Under the pieces are notes generated by a model. It was not told the DNA's origin. It made no database searches and saw only the letters and a list, made by a program, of their open reading frames with translations. A stretch of DNA of 64,000 bases, taken from positions 538 to 64,537 of the forward strand of contig CACDEI010000003.1 of assembly GCA_902551695.1 (NCBI GenBank), written 5' to 3'. Positions 29,396 through 38,641 of this stretch are shown in pieces. Positions within the stretch are counted from its first letter, which is position 1. Every line of letters begins with the position of its first letter. A program made the position numbers and the translations under genes. The stretch is from an uncultured Pseudomonadota bacterium. Its GTDB lineage: Bacteria; Pseudomonadota; Gammaproteobacteria; Ga0077536.

Positions 29396-31669
29396 TCAAA
29401 ACGTGTCATCAAGAAGCTTCTTGTTAGAAATGAATCTATCTAATACATTTTTCGTAATGCGGGACACGTTATTTTTATAATTATTATGAGACAGAGAACC
29501 CGCCCATGCTATGGAACTTGTAGAAAAAACGCCGCCATTATTTTGAGTGGGGAAAAAAGCCATGTCTGCTCTAACAAGCGGGTTTTCTTGTCCTCCCAGC
29601 CCGGGGTAATTAATTAAAATTTCTTCATTCACCACGAGATAAATATCAGTATGGTTGACCGAAGAAGCTAGCAGATATGTAGAAGGAGGCGTTCCTAAAC
29701 CTACATCCACTCGATCGAGCTCTAGTCCGGCAGCCCCTCCACCTATTAACCCAAAGTCGCCAATTTTCTCGGTTTTGCCAACCCCCTTCATGATCCAAGC
29801 AACTTCTTTCCTGTGACTATCAGGTTTTCTTTCGTAGTAGGAGGAAATATCGAAGCCCTGCGCTGTGAAGCCTGTTCCTACGATCTTTTGCGGCGGACGC
29901 CCGTTTCTTCTCCATAGTCCTCCATACTCGCCGGTAAATGCATGATAGTACTCTCCAGTCTTTGGTTCCCATCCACGTATTCCACCTTCATTTCTTCGTA
30001 CCTCTATTATCCCCGGTTCACTTTCGTGAAATGCGATCCGCCAGTACCAACCGTTTGCCCCTAGGTACATTAGGCGCCCCCCTTTCTGTTGGTACGCCAT
30101 CATCGCATCCCACATATCTTTCGAGTGATACTCAGGATGAGATGAGCTGAGAACCACCTTGTATTTTTCAATCGATTTTAGACCCTCGTAATGTAATTCT
30201 TCGTCAGTTATCACGTCATAGTCATAATTCATTGCCTCTAGCCAATTAGTGATGTGCGTGTCGGCATTGAACTGCCATAGACTAGACCCTGATCCACCAA
30301 GCCAACTCCTATACTTGGGTCGCATATTGAGGATTGGCCTCAACCTGGAGGAATACGCCACTCCCGAGCCGTCACTGTGATGGTCGTAGCAGCTCGCGCC
30401 GTATTCTCGGTGTTCGTTTCTATACAGATCTTGTCTTTCGTGTTCTACGAGTCGTCCGCCTAGCAACTGCGCAACCGGCACATCGGTTCCCATATGTTCA
30501 TTTGCGTAGGCCATGTAACTTGCAGTGGGTAATAAGAAGCAAATTTTAGCCGTAGCTCTTCCCCTAGGCGGAAGTACGGCGAAAGGGACATAATCTTCCT
30601 CCTGTAGAGAAGAGCCGCACCTCAATCGAGCAGCGTACAACCCGCTCCTGAAGGATTTTGGAATAGTCAAGGTAAAGTCAACCTCCCAGTCAGCATCGTG
30701 GACATCGTCATCGTGAAAATGTATTGCCCCATACTGATCCTGTGCGTTCTTCCAATTGAGTTCGTCACCAGTCCAGTTCCAACCCGTCATTGCTCTGGTT
30801 GGCATATTCACCACACCCCCATGAAGTCGATTTGCAGAGCGGTCTGTGACGGTTGTCCCTTGTATATCGTTTGAAAAGTCCCACCTAGCAATCAAACTTT
30901 CGATTTTAACCTGTTCGGAATCCAATCTTTTCAAAGCCTCTTCTTGGCCTGGAGAAATTGGCGAATGGCAAATCGCGGGAGAGTCAATTTTTCCATTAAA
31001 ATGTCGATGACAAACCAGTCGATTCTTATCTTCTGATGTGTAAAGGGCTCCTATGGTCAAAGGAGCGTCATTTGTATTCAAAGAAACTGTTCCCGTAACT
31101 TTTCTTGAAATGTTAGCCTTGTCTTTGGTACCTGTGTGGCTATGCAGAGGTTCTTGTCGTATGCTGGCGATTTGTGTTTCTGAATCATAACTGACGGTGA
31201 TAAAATACCATTCATTCGATAGCAGCGGAGCCTTGGTCTGTAATTTAAAAACTTTTTTTCGGCTCAATCCGATCTCCAAGGCCACCCCTTGGTTTTTTTC
31301 TGCTACTCCAAAATTAAATCCGCTGTTGGTTTTAGGAGACCAATTTCCTAAAATTGTTTGCGCTCCTTTCTCCGGAGTCGTAGGCCAAATAAAAACTTGA
31401 GCTGAAAAGCTCCTTAAAGCATTAAAGTGGCTGCTACTATCGATTTTCGCATAGGATCCGGCATGTATTTTCTGTTGTCGTCCTTTGTACTTTCCGCTCG
31501 TCCTGCTCTTTACGACCTTTTCTTTGTAACCAGGGCCCCCCGGGTTCAAATCGCCGCATATAAGTTTTACAAATTCTACATCGAAAGATTTGTTTTCGCA
31601 GTTCACCATAAAATCTATGGTTTCCCCAGGTGCTGCACTCATTTTGTTTGCGTATGCGGTTATTTTCAT
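29396..31669 (-). CDS. N,N-dimethylformamidase large (beta) subunit-like protein, paralog 2
   Basis: It has the same conserved blocks as 17925..20333. I chose the ATG at 31669 (MKITAYANKMSAAPGETIDF aligns with MLRITGYTDKCSVTPGEELNF). The ORF is open to 31750 but would overlap the upstream small ORF. Confidence 0.7.
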   Translation of the reverse strand: MKITAYANKMSAAPGETIDFMVNCENKSFDVEFVKLICGDLNPGGPGYKEKVVKSRTSGKYKGRQQKIHAGSYAKIDSSSHFNALRSFSAQVFIWPTTPEKGAQTILGNWSPKTNSGFNFGVAEKNQGVALEIGLSRKKVFKLQTKAPLLSNEWYFITVSYDSETQIASIRQEPLHSHTGTKDKANISRKVTGTVSLNTNDAPLTIGALYTSEDKNRLVCHRHFNGKIDSPAICHSPISPGQEEALKRLDSEQVKIESLIARWDFSNDIQGTTVTDRSANRLHGGVVNMPTRAMTGWNWTGDELNWKNAQDQYGAIHFHDDDVHDADWEVDFTLTIPKSFRSGLYAARLRCGSSLQEEDYVPFAVLPPRGRATAKICFLLPTASYMAYANEHMGTDVPVAQLLGGRLVEHERQDLYRNEHREYGASCYDHHSDGSGVAYSSRLRPILNMRPKYRSWLGGSGSSLWQFNADTHITNWLEAMNYDYDVITDEELHYEGLKSIEKYKVVLSSSHPEYHSKDMWDAMMAYQQKGGRLMYLGANGWYWRIAFHESEPGIIEVRRNEGGIRGWEPKTGEYYHAFTGEYGGLWRRNGRPPQKIVGTGFTAQGFDISSYYERKPDSHRKEVAWIMKGVGKTEKIGDFGLIGGGAAGLELDRVDVGLGTPPSTYLLASSVNHTDIYLVVNEEILINYPGLGGQENPLVRADMAFFPTQNNGGVFSTSSIAWAGSLSHNNYKNNVSRITKNVLDRFISNKKLLDDTF

Positions 31670-31697
31670 CAGACTTTCATCCTCCCAACGGTATTTT

Positions 31698-32018
31698 TTA
31701 CTTCTGAAGCTTCTCTCCGGTAAGGTGTTTCCAGCGCTCTCTAAAAACATACCATTCGGCGTCAGCTAAATTTTGAAACCTCAGGTTAGTGGGTTTCACT
31801 GGTTCTCCAGGTATCCCAGATGTTTTTGCTAGAATCCACTCCTTGTTAGATTCGCTAACGATTAGGCAATGTTTCTTTCCCATCGGCGCACCACGCATCA
31901 CATTGAGAAGCCTTTGCAATTGTGGGCTGTGGTGACCTACGGGATTTTCTTTGAATTCTTCAATAAGATCTGCGAACTTTGTGCTGCATAGATCAGATAT
32001 ATCAAATGAGCTTGCCAT
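31698..32018 (-). CDS. Candidate small (alpha) subunit partner of DMFase-like paralog 2
   Basis: 106 aa, immediately upstream of the large gene. By eye, LQRLLNVMRGAPMGKKH...NLADAEWYVFRERWKHL aligns with LAQLVDMLRMVPQTGKH...TREDAEHAIFLKRLKAL in ORF 20350..20784. Confidence 0.5.
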   Translation of the reverse strand: MASSFDISDLCSTKFADLIEEFKENPVGHHSPQLQRLLNVMRGAPMGKKHCLIVSESNKEWILAKTSGIPGEPVKPTNLRFQNLADAEWYVFRERWKHLTGEKLQK

Positions 32019-32113
32019 TTGTACTCCTCCCTTTTTGTTCTATTCTAAGCTTTGTATTATAAAAAAAAAATGATAACTTTAAGAATTAGGTCCAACATTT
32101 TTGGTGTAAGAGT

Positions 32114-32737
32114 ATGAATGGTGCACACGATCTGGGTGGTATGCAGTGCTACGGCTCAATAAGAATAGAAAAAGACGAACCGATTTTCCATGATGAATGG
32201 GAAAAACGTGTTTTTGCAGCCACAATGGTGTCTTTTGGAGCATTGGGTTCGATAGACGCGTTTCGCCACGCTATCGAGAGAATGGGTGCAGAGAAATATT
32301 TAAGCACTACCTACTATGAACACTGGCTGGCTGCATTGGAGATGAGAATTGAAGAAACTAAATTACATTCTAAAGCAAAGTCCGATGTACCTTTGACCCC
32401 TGAAGATGTGGATGCCATTGTTCCTACGGGCGGAAATTATTTTAGGGAGGGGGTTGATTCAGAAATCCGTTTTGCAACTGGCGATAGGGTCAGAGCAAAA
32501 AATATTAATCCTGCCGGACACACACGTCTACCTCGATACATACGGGGTAGAGAAGGGGAAATTGTAACCAATAGGGGAAATTTTGTCTTTCCTGACACTG
32601 TTGCTCATGATTTAGGCGAATCTGCGCAACCTTTGTACTCTGTTCGCTTTGAGTCGGCGGAACTATGGGGAAGTGAGGAAGGTCGGGATGCAGTGTATAT
32701 AGACCTGTGGGATAGTTATTTGGAGAAGGCCGAATGA
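32114..32737 (+). CDS. nthB: Nitrile hydratase beta subunit
   Basis: N-terminus [10 protein letters not shown]...[14 protein letters not shown] is typical of NHase beta. It overlaps the alpha gene by 4 nt. Confidence 0.9.
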   Translation: MNGAHDLGGMQCYGSIRIEKDEPIFHDEWEKRVFAATMVSFGALGSIDAFRHAIERMGAEKYLSTTYYEHWLAALEMRIEETKLHSKAKSDVPLTPEDVDAIVPTGGNYFREGVDSEIRFATGDRVRAKNINPAGHTRLPRYIRGREGEIVTNRGNFVFPDTVAHDLGESAQPLYSVRFESAELWGSEEGRDAVYIDLWDSYLEKAE

Positions 32738-33375
32738 GTAGCAACCATAAGCATTCAGAACCCGCTAATCCCTACCTCGAAAAGCGAAGAAACGGAGAGG
32801 AGACCAGCGAATTAGAAAAAAGAGTCTCTGATATCGAAGCACTTTTGATATCAAAAGGGATAGTCTCCAAAGAATCTTTGGATAGAATGATTGAGATATA
32901 CGAGAAAGACCTTGGCCCAATGAACGGTGCTAGAGTGGTAGCTAAGGCATGGACTGATGATGAGTATAAAAGCAGGTTATTGCAAGATGGGACAAGCGCA
33001 ATAGCTGAACTCGGTTTTAGCGGATTGCAAGGTGAGCACATGGTTGTAATTGAAAATACGCAAGAGGTTCATAACGTCGTCGTTTGTACCTTATGCTCCT
33101 GCTATCCATGGCCTGTGCTGGGTCTTCCCCCGTCGTGGTATAAGGATGCACCTTACCGTTCCAGAATCGTTTTAGAGCCTCGGGAGGTGTTGGAGGAATT
33201 TGGAACTTTCTTGCCTGAACATCAAGAAATTCGTGTGTGGGATAGTAGTGCTGAAATTCGATATATGGTTTTGCCCCGCCAACCCGAGCAATCTAAGGGT
33301 GCGAGTGAGGATAAGCTTGTTGGGTTAGTTACTAGAGACTCTATGATAGGCGTTGGCCTCCCGAAACCTTCATGA
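32734..33375 (+). CDS. nthA: Nitrile hydratase alpha subunit, cobalt type
   Basis: The metal-binding motif VCTLCSCY has Thr and Tyr, the Co-type signature. The beta-before-alpha gene order is also typical of Co-type enzymes. Confidence 0.93.
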   Translation: MSSNHKHSEPANPYLEKRRNGEETSELEKRVSDIEALLISKGIVSKESLDRMIEIYEKDLGPMNGARVVAKAWTDDEYKSRLLQDGTSAIAELGFSGLQGEHMVVIENTQEVHNVVVCTLCSCYPWPVLGLPPSWYKDAPYRSRIVLEPREVLEEFGTFLPEHQEIRVWDSSAEIRYMVLPRQPEQSKGASEDKLVGLVTRDSMIGVGLPKPS

Positions 33376-33674
33376 ATGACCTAAAAGGCTCTCAAGTTAA
33401 AGCCGAAATCTCAATGATGGAGGGCAGAGATTCTCTGCCTAGAAAAAGCGGAGATTTAGTTTTTCATGAGGAGTGGGAGAAGCGCGCCTTCGCAATGGCG
33501 ATAGCGCTGTATAGCAGTGGATATTATCAGTGGGAAGAATTCAGAGACATTCTAATTAGTGAGATTAATTCGAGCGGAGAGACGGCTGCCAACCCTAAAC
33601 CCGAGAAGCCTGGATATTATGAACATTGGCTTTCTTCTTTGGAGAAGTTGCTACAAAGGAAGGAAATCGTATAG
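33372..33674 (+). CDS. Nitrile hydratase accessory (activator / subunit-swapping chaperone) protein
   Basis: 100 aa. [18 protein letters not shown] mimics the beta-subunit N-terminus [17 protein letters not shown]. It has a 4-nt overlap with nthA. Confidence 0.8.
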   Translation: MNDLKGSQVKAEISMMEGRDSLPRKSGDLVFHEEWEKRAFAMAIALYSSGYYQWEEFRDILISEINSSGETAANPKPEKPGYYEHWLSSLEKLLQRKEIV

Positions 33675-33715
33675 CCCACCTATCGGACGGTTATTTTCAA
33701 AACCTAGTCTTCAGC

Positions 33716-33741
33716 AAAAAAAGCCCCCGTTGCCGGGGGCT
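33716..33741 (-). terminator. Rho-independent terminator, possibly bidirectional
   Basis: AGCCCCCG-TTGC-CGGGGGCT is a perfect 8-bp GC-rich stem. On the minus strand it is followed by a run of 7 T. It lies 27 nt downstream of the stop of ORF 33768..33992 and 48 nt after the convergent NHase accessory gene. Confidence 0.75.
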
Positions 33742-33767
33742 CTAAATTAAATTGGTAAAAATAAGCG

Positions 33768-33992
33768 CTAGGAATTCTTGTTTATTAGGTAAAGAATAAT
33801 TCCCACAGCAATTAAACCAACTAGACCTCCGTCTCCGAGTGTGGTGACGATGCTAAGAAGATTGTTTACAACATCTCCCCCAACAAAAGGGACGGCAGTC
33901 CCAAAGATCACTTGTAAAATAACTGCTACCGCTATCAACAACAGCCCTATTTCAACAACTTCTCGCAAAAAGCGCTTTGCATTATCAAGCAT
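33768..33992 (-). CDS. Small two-TM membrane protein, paralog A (unknown family)
   Basis: 74 aa with a strong Shine-Dalgarno (GAGGAGG). Conserved FVGGDVV.NL and GDGG.VGL motifs are shared with ORF 35278..35505. Confidence 0.6.
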   Translation of the reverse strand: MLDNAKRFLREVVEIGLLLIAVAVILQVIFGTAVPFVGGDVVNNLLSIVTTLGDGGLVGLIAVGIILYLINKNS

Positions 33993-34239
33993 TTTCTTTC
34001 CTCCTCAAGTTAAAAAACACTCCAGAGGGCTAATAATAAACTAGCTGCTTTTAATTTACCATCTTATTCTATATTTAGTATGAATCAAGCTAAACAACCC
34101 CCATATTTAGTGTTTTCCGTCATATTTTTGAAACATTACGTAAATGCAATAGGCGGAGCTTCATGTCTAGGGGGGTGTCAATATGGCTATACTTCTATAT
34201 TCTTGAAGTTTTTAACTGTTTATATCAAAGGTTAGAGAT

Positions 34240-35169
34240 ATGGTCTTTGTTCGTGGTTCTCTGAGAACGATGTTTTTAGCTGGTGGATTGGCTATAAGTT
34301 TAACGACTGTAGCTTTAGATGCCTCTTATGGATCGCTTTCTCCGTCCTCGCGTAGAGACTCATTGGCTAAGTACACAGATCTGCAGTTTCCAGGTAATGA
34401 AGGTAGGTATCCCCTCGCAATTATGTTACCGGGTTGTATGGGATGGCATCCGCATCACGATCAATGGCGAAGGGAGCTGTTAAAGAGAGAATTTGCTGTG
34501 CTCCACGTAAACAGTTTTGCGGCGAGAGGGTTAAATGGACCATCCGTGCTAAGGCAAAAGGTGTGTACTGGTAAAATCGTACATGGAGATGAGCGAGCAG
34601 GCGATGTAATAGCAGTTCTTCAAACTGTTTGGAAAAATACTAGAATAAAGCCAGACAAAACGCTAATTATGGGCTGGTCACATGGGGGCTGGACCGCAAT
34701 GGATCTGCTAGTGAGCTTGGAGAGCCGAATACAGTTGCCTAACTTAACTCAATTGCCGATGCTGGAGGTAAATAACATAAAAGCGGCTATTTTATATTAC
34801 CCTTGGTGTGGTAAAGAAGCCCTGAATTGGTCGGGCCAGTTCCCGCCTAATCTGCAAGGCTTTGTTTTTCACGGTTCTCGAGATGCCATTACTAGCCCGA
34901 AAGATTGTAAGCGGAGGGTTCAAAGAGCAGCGAAGAGTGGCAGCAAGTTAGAGTTTGTGGAACTGAAAGGTGCTTTTCATTGGTTTGATAACCACACGGC
35001 TCAATTTTTTGATAGGAGGTCCCACTCGATAGCGTTTTCGAGAGCAACTAATCTTCTTAAACGGATCAAAAACGATAAAATTAGCGATTTCGAAAGTCCT
35101 GTAAAATCTAGAACTTCTGAGGGAACTGATAACCTGCTCGATCTATTTGATGGTATCAATGAGCCCTAA
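34240..35169 (+). CDS. Secreted dienelactone-hydrolase-like alpha/beta hydrolase
   Basis: A signal peptide, a GWSHGG nucleophile motif, and HGSRD and HWF motifs near the C-terminus. Confidence 0.65.
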   Translation: MVFVRGSLRTMFLAGGLAISLTTVALDASYGSLSPSSRRDSLAKYTDLQFPGNEGRYPLAIMLPGCMGWHPHHDQWRRELLKREFAVLHVNSFAARGLNGPSVLRQKVCTGKIVHGDERAGDVIAVLQTVWKNTRIKPDKTLIMGWSHGGWTAMDLLVSLESRIQLPNLTQLPMLEVNNIKAAILYYPWCGKEALNWSGQFPPNLQGFVFHGSRDAITSPKDCKRRVQRAAKSGSKLEFVELKGAFHWFDNHTAQFFDRRSHSIAFSRATNLLKRIKNDKISDFESPVKSRTSEGTDNLLDLFDGINEP

Positions 35170-35277
35170 CGACGTTCATGATTAATTAGTATAGTTTTTA
35201 CTCTTCCGTGAGGCTTCTTAGGTATGTTAAGGTCAAGTTGATGTTTCATTAAATTTTCAAAAAAGGGGAGCACAGGA

Positions 35278-35505
35278 ATGTTAGGCAAAACTAAAGATTT
35301 TCTAGATGGGCTCATAGAGGTTGGTCTTATTCTCATAACTATTGCCGTAGTATTTCAGGCCGTATTTGGGTCCGTTATACCTTTTGTAGGTGGGGATGTT
35401 GTCTACAATCTGATGGCGGTTTTGAACCAGTTTGGTGATGGAGGTTTTGTGGGTCTTGTCGGAGTAGCTATTATCTATTACTTGCTCAAAGATCATCTTG
35501 GCTGA
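35278..35505 (+). CDS. Small two-TM membrane protein, paralog B (unknown family)
   Basis: 75 aa with a Shine-Dalgarno AAGGGGAG. About half of the positions are identical by eye to ORF 33768..33992. Confidence 0.6.
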   Translation: MLGKTKDFLDGLIEVGLILITIAVVFQAVFGSVIPFVGGDVVYNLMAVLNQFGDGGFVGLVGVAIIYYLLKDHLG

Positions 35506-35595
35506 TTAAAGAATATTAAGAAATACGTTACTTAATGAAGGGAAAAGATGTATGCCGTTTAGTGTAAGGTTTGCAAAATCAAGGGGATTCTAGAT

Positions 35596-36024
35596 ATGAC
35601 AGATTTAGAGAAAAGAATTGCCAGACTAGAGGATATAGAGGCAATAAAGCAGTTGAAAGCAAGGTATAGTCATGTATGCGACGATGATCATAACCCAGAC
35701 AAAATAACAGCATTGTTCGCTGAAGATGGAATTTGGGAAAGCCCTGATTTTGGCCAAGCTAAAGGCCATAAAGAAATAAGGGAGTTATTCGAAGGTTTTA
35801 AGGATATGTTTACCTTTTCTCAGCATAATATGATGAATCCAATTATTGAGGTTGACGGTAATCGAGCTACGGGAATTTGGTACATTATGGGCCCTTGGAC
35901 GTTAAGAGAAGAGAACAAAGAGAACTGGATGGCGCTGAGATACGATGACGACTACATTAAGATTGGGTCGGACTGGAAATACCAGCATCTTAGAGTGGTC
36001 TTGAGGATGACTGCCGACCGGTGA
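35596..36024 (+). CDS. SnoaL-like / NTF2-fold protein
   Basis: 142 aa. The N-terminal LEDIEAIKQLKARYSHVCDD pattern is typical of SnoaL_4-type proteins. Confidence 0.65.
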   Translation: MTDLEKRIARLEDIEAIKQLKARYSHVCDDDHNPDKITALFAEDGIWESPDFGQAKGHKEIRELFEGFKDMFTFSQHNMMNPIIEVDGNRATGIWYIMGPWTLREENKENWMALRYDDDYIKIGSDWKYQHLRVVLRMTADR

Positions 36025-36075
36025 TTTTCCAAAAAGCGCCAAATCTGTTCAAGCATTTAGTTTAAGGTTGGCTAG

Positions 36076-36516
36076 TTGAGTCCTCTTGGAAATTTACTCG
36101 GATGGCTGGGTGTAATCCCCTTTATGGTGGGCGCTGTATGCTCATACAAACCTATCTTTGGAGGTTTTTTTCCTACTCAAATTCTGATTTTTTATTCTGC
36201 AGTAGTAGCGTCTTTTCTTGGGGCGGTTCATTGGGGGGTGGCAATTCACGGTGCTCAGCATCCCACTTCTACTATCCAGTTAATATATAGTGTCATTCCC
36301 AGTTTGCTGGCCTGGTGGATAATCGCTTTCTTAGAGCCGGTGGCTGCTCTGACTGCGCTAGGAGGTGTTTTTATCGGGGCGTTTGTCACAGACCGATGGT
36401 TTTTTAAAAGGGGCATGTTACCGGTTTGGTATATAAAACTCAGGGTTAAGCTTACAATAGTTGTTTGTATTTGTTTATTCAGTGCAGCCCAAAGCTATCG
36501 TATCTTAGGATTGTAG
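36076..36516 (+). CDS. Integral membrane protein (DUF3429-like)
   Basis: 146 aa with a TTG start and about 4-5 TM segments. The family guess is from pattern only. Confidence 0.5.
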   Translation: MSPLGNLLGWLGVIPFMVGAVCSYKPIFGGFFPTQILIFYSAVVASFLGAVHWGVAIHGAQHPTSTIQLIYSVIPSLLAWWIIAFLEPVAALTALGGVFIGAFVTDRWFFKRGMLPVWYIKLRVKLTIVVCICLFSAAQSYRILGL

Positions 36517-36729
36517 GTCTCTTGAAATGACTTTGAGAGGGGATTATTCCCCATATTGCCGATATATTCAGAGGGAGCCTTTGTTCTATACTTACCCCCC
36601 TTGACCATTTATTGTCTAAAAGCCTTTCCCTTAGAGCATTTGAATTAGTCGCGTATATTTGAGAATGGACTAGAGTGTGCGAAAAGATAGGGAAAAATTT
36701 TAAAAAAGTAGTTTAGATGAGCATTTTAA

Positions 36730-37536
36730 ATGGTTCCAAAAATTTCGATTTGTTTTACCGATTTAAAAAATTTCAGCTTCACCAAAAGTTTTGTATCTGC
36801 TTTGGAAGGTGCGGGAACCTACGCGGTATTTTTTCCTGAAAACAGTCATGTGCCAATCCAAAGACCGAAGACTCTAAAGAGCTTCCCTGATATTAAGCGC
36901 TTGGCCAGATTTTATGATCCATTTCCATGTCTTAGTGCGCTTGCGGCCTTGACTGAAGACTTAAAATTAGGTACCAGCGTGTGTCTTTTGACTCAAAGAG
37001 ATTTAACGCTTATTTCAAAGACTTTAGAAACTATCCAATTGATTTCACGTGAGCGCTTCATCTTTGGTGTGGCGGGTGGTTTCATCAGAGAGGCTATGGA
37101 GAATCATGGCTCAATTTTTCAAAATAGATGGGAGATTGTAGAAAATGGAGTTTTGAAACTTAGGCGAGATTGGGATTTTGGATCGAACTCGAAGAAGAAT
37201 GTCTCTTTCCCGCCTGTCTGGATTGGCTCAAATTCTAGAAGGGTTCCAGCTCGGGTTGCGCGCTATGCTGATGGTTGGTTGGCTAGAAAAACACTTTATC
37301 CAGGCAACGCAATACTGGATTTGAAAAATGCTTGTGAAGAGATAGGGAGAGACTACTCAAAGATAACTATGACATCGATGGACCCTTCTTTAGAGTTAGA
37401 TGAGTTACTTGGCGATTTTGAGGCGGGTTTTCAACATTTTATTTATTTCGTCTCCACTCAATCGCTTGCTGAGATGTCTAGAAGACTCGATAACATATTT
37501 AAGTTGATTGATGATTCACGAGGATATTTTTTCTGA
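36730..37536 (+). CDS. Luciferase-like (LLM class) flavin/F420-dependent oxidoreductase
   Basis: The GVAGGFIREAMENHG region and overall TIM-barrel LLM pattern. 268 aa. Confidence 0.7.
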   Translation: MVPKISICFTDLKNFSFTKSFVSALEGAGTYAVFFPENSHVPIQRPKTLKSFPDIKRLARFYDPFPCLSALAALTEDLKLGTSVCLLTQRDLTLISKTLETIQLISRERFIFGVAGGFIREAMENHGSIFQNRWEIVENGVLKLRRDWDFGSNSKKNVSFPPVWIGSNSRRVPARVARYADGWLARKTLYPGNAILDLKNACEEIGRDYSKITMTSMDPSLELDELLGDFEAGFQHFIYFVSTQSLAEMSRRLDNIFKLIDDSRGYFF

Positions 37537-37693
37537 ACATTTTTACTTTTGGGGTATTAAAAGCATGGGTGGGAATGGCATGCCGGACATAAAGGAGGGA
37601 GGGGGAAGGCCGACATGCCATTTGAGTCCACTTACTATCAGTCAAATTTAAATATTGTTGAAATGGATAGTTCATATAGTATATATTCATTGA

Positions 37694-38641
37694 ATGAATT
37701 TACGAAAAGTTGATTTGAATCTGCTTGTGATTTTTGATGCTTTGATGCAAGAGAAAAATGTAACAAAGGCAGCAAGTCGGGTGGCTTTGTCCCAGCCTGC
37801 CTTTAGTAACGCATTGTCTAGATTAAGGCATTACCTAAAAGATGATCTGTTTGTGCGAAGTCCTGATGGGATGTTGCCAACCCCCAGAGCTCGTGAGCTC
37901 GCTCCTCATATTTCAAGTGTCATCTCGATTTTGCAATCTGCCCTTGAGCCTGGAGAGTTTGACCCGGCTTGTGACAGCAAAGTTTTCAGAATTAGTGCAA
38001 ATGATTATCTTGTAGCCACAACCATCACTGAGTTGATGGTTCGGCTTAATGAGGAGGGTCCTAATCTTGATGTCAGAGTGATCGATAGGGGAATCAATCC
38101 CAAGAAGGTATACCGAGCTTTAGACACGGGTGAAATTGATTTAGCAATTGGCGCCTACGGTGACGTTCCCGAGCGGTATGGCGTTTTTTATATTGCTGAT
38201 ACGGACTTTGTATGTATGATGCGTTCAAGCCATCCTCTGGCGGAGGGCTACTTGACTCTAAAACGCTTTGCTAAGGCAAAACATCTTTTGGTTACCCCAG
38301 GTGGGGACGCATTGGGCTTTGTTGACGAGGCCCTAGCGAGAGCTGGGTTATCTCGTAGGATTAGCTTGACGGTAAATCATTTCTCCGTGGTGCCAGCTTT
38401 AATTGCCAGAACCGACATGATTACTACTATTCCTCGGAGAATCGCCCGGACATATGAACCGCTTTACGACATAAAATTACGACCTTCCCCAGTGGAAACA
38501 CCTGGTAAGTACGCCACAGTTGCATTGATATGGCACAAGGAGTTTGGTCAAAACCGCGCTCAAAGTTGGTTTAGAGATCAACTCCTAAAAGTCACGGAAG
38601 AACAGCCAGATTTCAGAGGAAAAAAGCAGAAGCCACTCTAA
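37694..38641 (+). CDS. LysR-family transcriptional regulator
   Basis: N-terminal wHTH (DLNLLVIFDALMQEKNVTKAASRVALSQPAFSNALSRLR) plus a substrate-binding domain. Confidence 0.92.
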   Translation: MNLRKVDLNLLVIFDALMQEKNVTKAASRVALSQPAFSNALSRLRHYLKDDLFVRSPDGMLPTPRARELAPHISSVISILQSALEPGEFDPACDSKVFRISANDYLVATTITELMVRLNEEGPNLDVRVIDRGINPKKVYRALDTGEIDLAIGAYGDVPERYGVFYIADTDFVCMMRSSHPLAEGYLTLKRFAKAKHLLVTPGGDALGFVDEALARAGLSRRISLTVNHFSVVPALIARTDMITTIPRRIARTYEPLYDIKLRPSPVETPGKYATVALIWHKEFGQNRAQSWFRDQLLKVTEEQPDFRGKKQKPL

